A DNA stretch of 26,305 nt, from positions 1 through 26,305 of the forward strand of contig JBMYPC010000031.1 of NCBI GenBank assembly GCA_049599895.1, written 5' to 3'. This DNA comes from Bacteriovoracaceae bacterium (GTDB taxonomy: Bacteria > Bdellovibrionota > Bacteriovoracia > Bacteriovoracales > Bacteriovoracaceae). Of the stretch, positions 25,189-26,305 are shown piece by piece. Position 1 is the stretch's first letter. Every line of letters starts with the position of its first letter. The position numbers and the translations under genes are program-made. Under the pieces are notes generated by a model, which saw only the letters and a program-made list of their open reading frames with translations, was not told the origin of the DNA and did no database searches.

Positions 25189-25779
25189 ATGAGATATTTA
25201 TTATTTACGACATTACTTTTTTTTAGTGTTCAATCTTTTGCTGCCAATGTTGGCAAGACTGCTCCTGCCTTCAGTTTAAAGGGACATGATAATAAAACTT
25301 ATTCTCTTAAGGATTACTCGGGTAAGTATGTTGTCCTAGAGTGGTTGAACCATGGCTGTCCTTTTGTGAGAAAGCATTATGACTCTCAAAACATGCAAAA
25401 TCTTCAAAAAGAATTTGTCGCCAAAGGTGTTGTCTGGTTATCAATTATAAGCTCAGCAGAGGGAAAGCAAGGTCATGTAGACCCTGCTGGTGCTAAAGTC
25501 GATATAAAAGAAAATGGTGCTTTTGCCAGTGCGGTTTTATTAGACCCAAGTGGAAAAGTCGGTCGTTTATATGGAGCTAAAACAACCCCTCAGATGTATA
25601 TTGTGAATCCAAAAGGGACGTTGGTTTACAATGGTGCTATCGATAGCATTGCCTCGGCCGACGAAGATGACATCAAAAATGCTGACAATTACGTAAAAGA
25701 AAACTTATCATTGTTACTAAGTGGAAAAGAAGCAAAGTATAAGAAGACCAGGCCATATGGATGTTCGGTTAAATATTAA
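25189..25779 (+). CDS. Exported thioredoxin-fold redoxin (AhpC/TSA-like)
   Basis: Signal peptide; VGKTAPAFSL, VVLEWLNHGCPFV, YGAKTTPQ, YNGAID, PYGCSVKY. Confidence 0.88.
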   Translation: MRYLLFTTLLFFSVQSFAANVGKTAPAFSLKGHDNKTYSLKDYSGKYVVLEWLNHGCPFVRKHYDSQNMQNLQKEFVAKGVVWLSIISSAEGKQGHVDPAGAKVDIKENGAFASAVLLDPSGKVGRLYGAKTTPQMYIVNPKGTLVYNGAIDSIASADEDDIKNADNYVKENLSLLLSGKEAKYKKTRPYGCSVKY

Positions 25780-25790
25780 AAGGGCTGATT

Positions 25791-26305
25791 TTGTCAGAGA
25801 ACTCAATTCCTAAAGTTGGATCTCTTCCGGGATCTCTAGAATACACGGGTAATCTATCCGATGTGGTAACTGAAATCTCAGTTGTCACTTATGATCACGA
25901 TTCCTATCGGATTGAAAAAGACTTTGATCTTAAAACTTATCAACCTCAAGAAGCATTGGGACAAAATACCTGGGTTCGATTTGTCGGATTAAGCGACGTT
26001 GAAAAAATCAGCGTTATTGGTAAAGCCTTTGAACTTGATGAATTAACCTTAGAAGACATTCTTAGTGTTAAGCAAAGACCAGGAATGAACTATTCTCAGA
26101 ATCAAATCTTTTCTGCTTGCAAAATGTTTTATTTTGAAAAAGATACAAAACTTTTAAGACTCCGGCAGATTAGCTTCATCCTTAAAGCTGGGGTTCTGTT
26201 AACATTTGAAGAGCGAGCTGAAAGTTGTATCAGCACAATTTTTGACAGACTAAAATACGATCAAAATAAAGTTAGGCGTAAATCAATCGATTATTTATTC
26301 TACCT
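25791..26305 (+). CDS. corA: Magnesium/cobalt transporter CorA (3' end outside window)
   Basis: TTG start; KVGSLPGSLEYTG, TWVRFVGL, LTLEDILSVKQRP, QISFIL, LLTFEE, DYLFY. Confidence 0.88.
   Translation, partial: MSENSIPKVGSLPGSLEYTGNLSDVVTEISVVTYDHDSYRIEKDFDLKTYQPQEALGQNTWVRFVGLSDVEKISVIGKAFELDELTLEDILSVKQRPGMNYSQNQIFSACKMFYFEKDTKLLRLRQISFILKAGVLLTFEERAESCISTIFDRLKYDQNKVRRKSIDYLFY

Overview
AT-rich bacterial chromosomal window; gene style (degenerate HD-GYP protein, many orphan secreted proteins) suggests a Bdellovibrionota/Bacteriovoracaceae-like organism, which is inference only. It contains housekeeping genes (5'-truncated pyk, queG, sodB, glpQ, pepF, cobalamin-riboswitch-controlled btuB-tonB, 3'-truncated corA) and an accessory stretch (about 3.4-10.6 kb) starting at tRNA-Phe(GAA). 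Main observations: (1) a ferredoxin-like (2x[4Fe-4S]-type) domain missed by the ORF track, with no start codon, reachable only by a -1 shift at an A9 run at the end of pyruvate kinase, directly upstream of queG; (2) a 1.9 kb decayed element integrated at the tRNA-Phe 3' end, carrying a RelE-like toxin, an XRE antitoxin, a signal-less lytic transglycosylase and an exported Cys-containing partner, plus a probable recombinase C-terminal remnant that reads through the att site; (3) a structured ~140 bp element containing a perfect 22 nt inverted copy of the tRNA; (4) a secreted NuiA-like nuclease inhibitor; (5) a HipA kinase that looks like a HipS-HipT fusion, with four regularly spaced TTTAG-N14-CTAAA operators; (6) two small leader ORFs and hairpins ahead of an ABC exporter-DUF1854 pair, followed by a secreted Arg/Asp/Gln-repeat protein.
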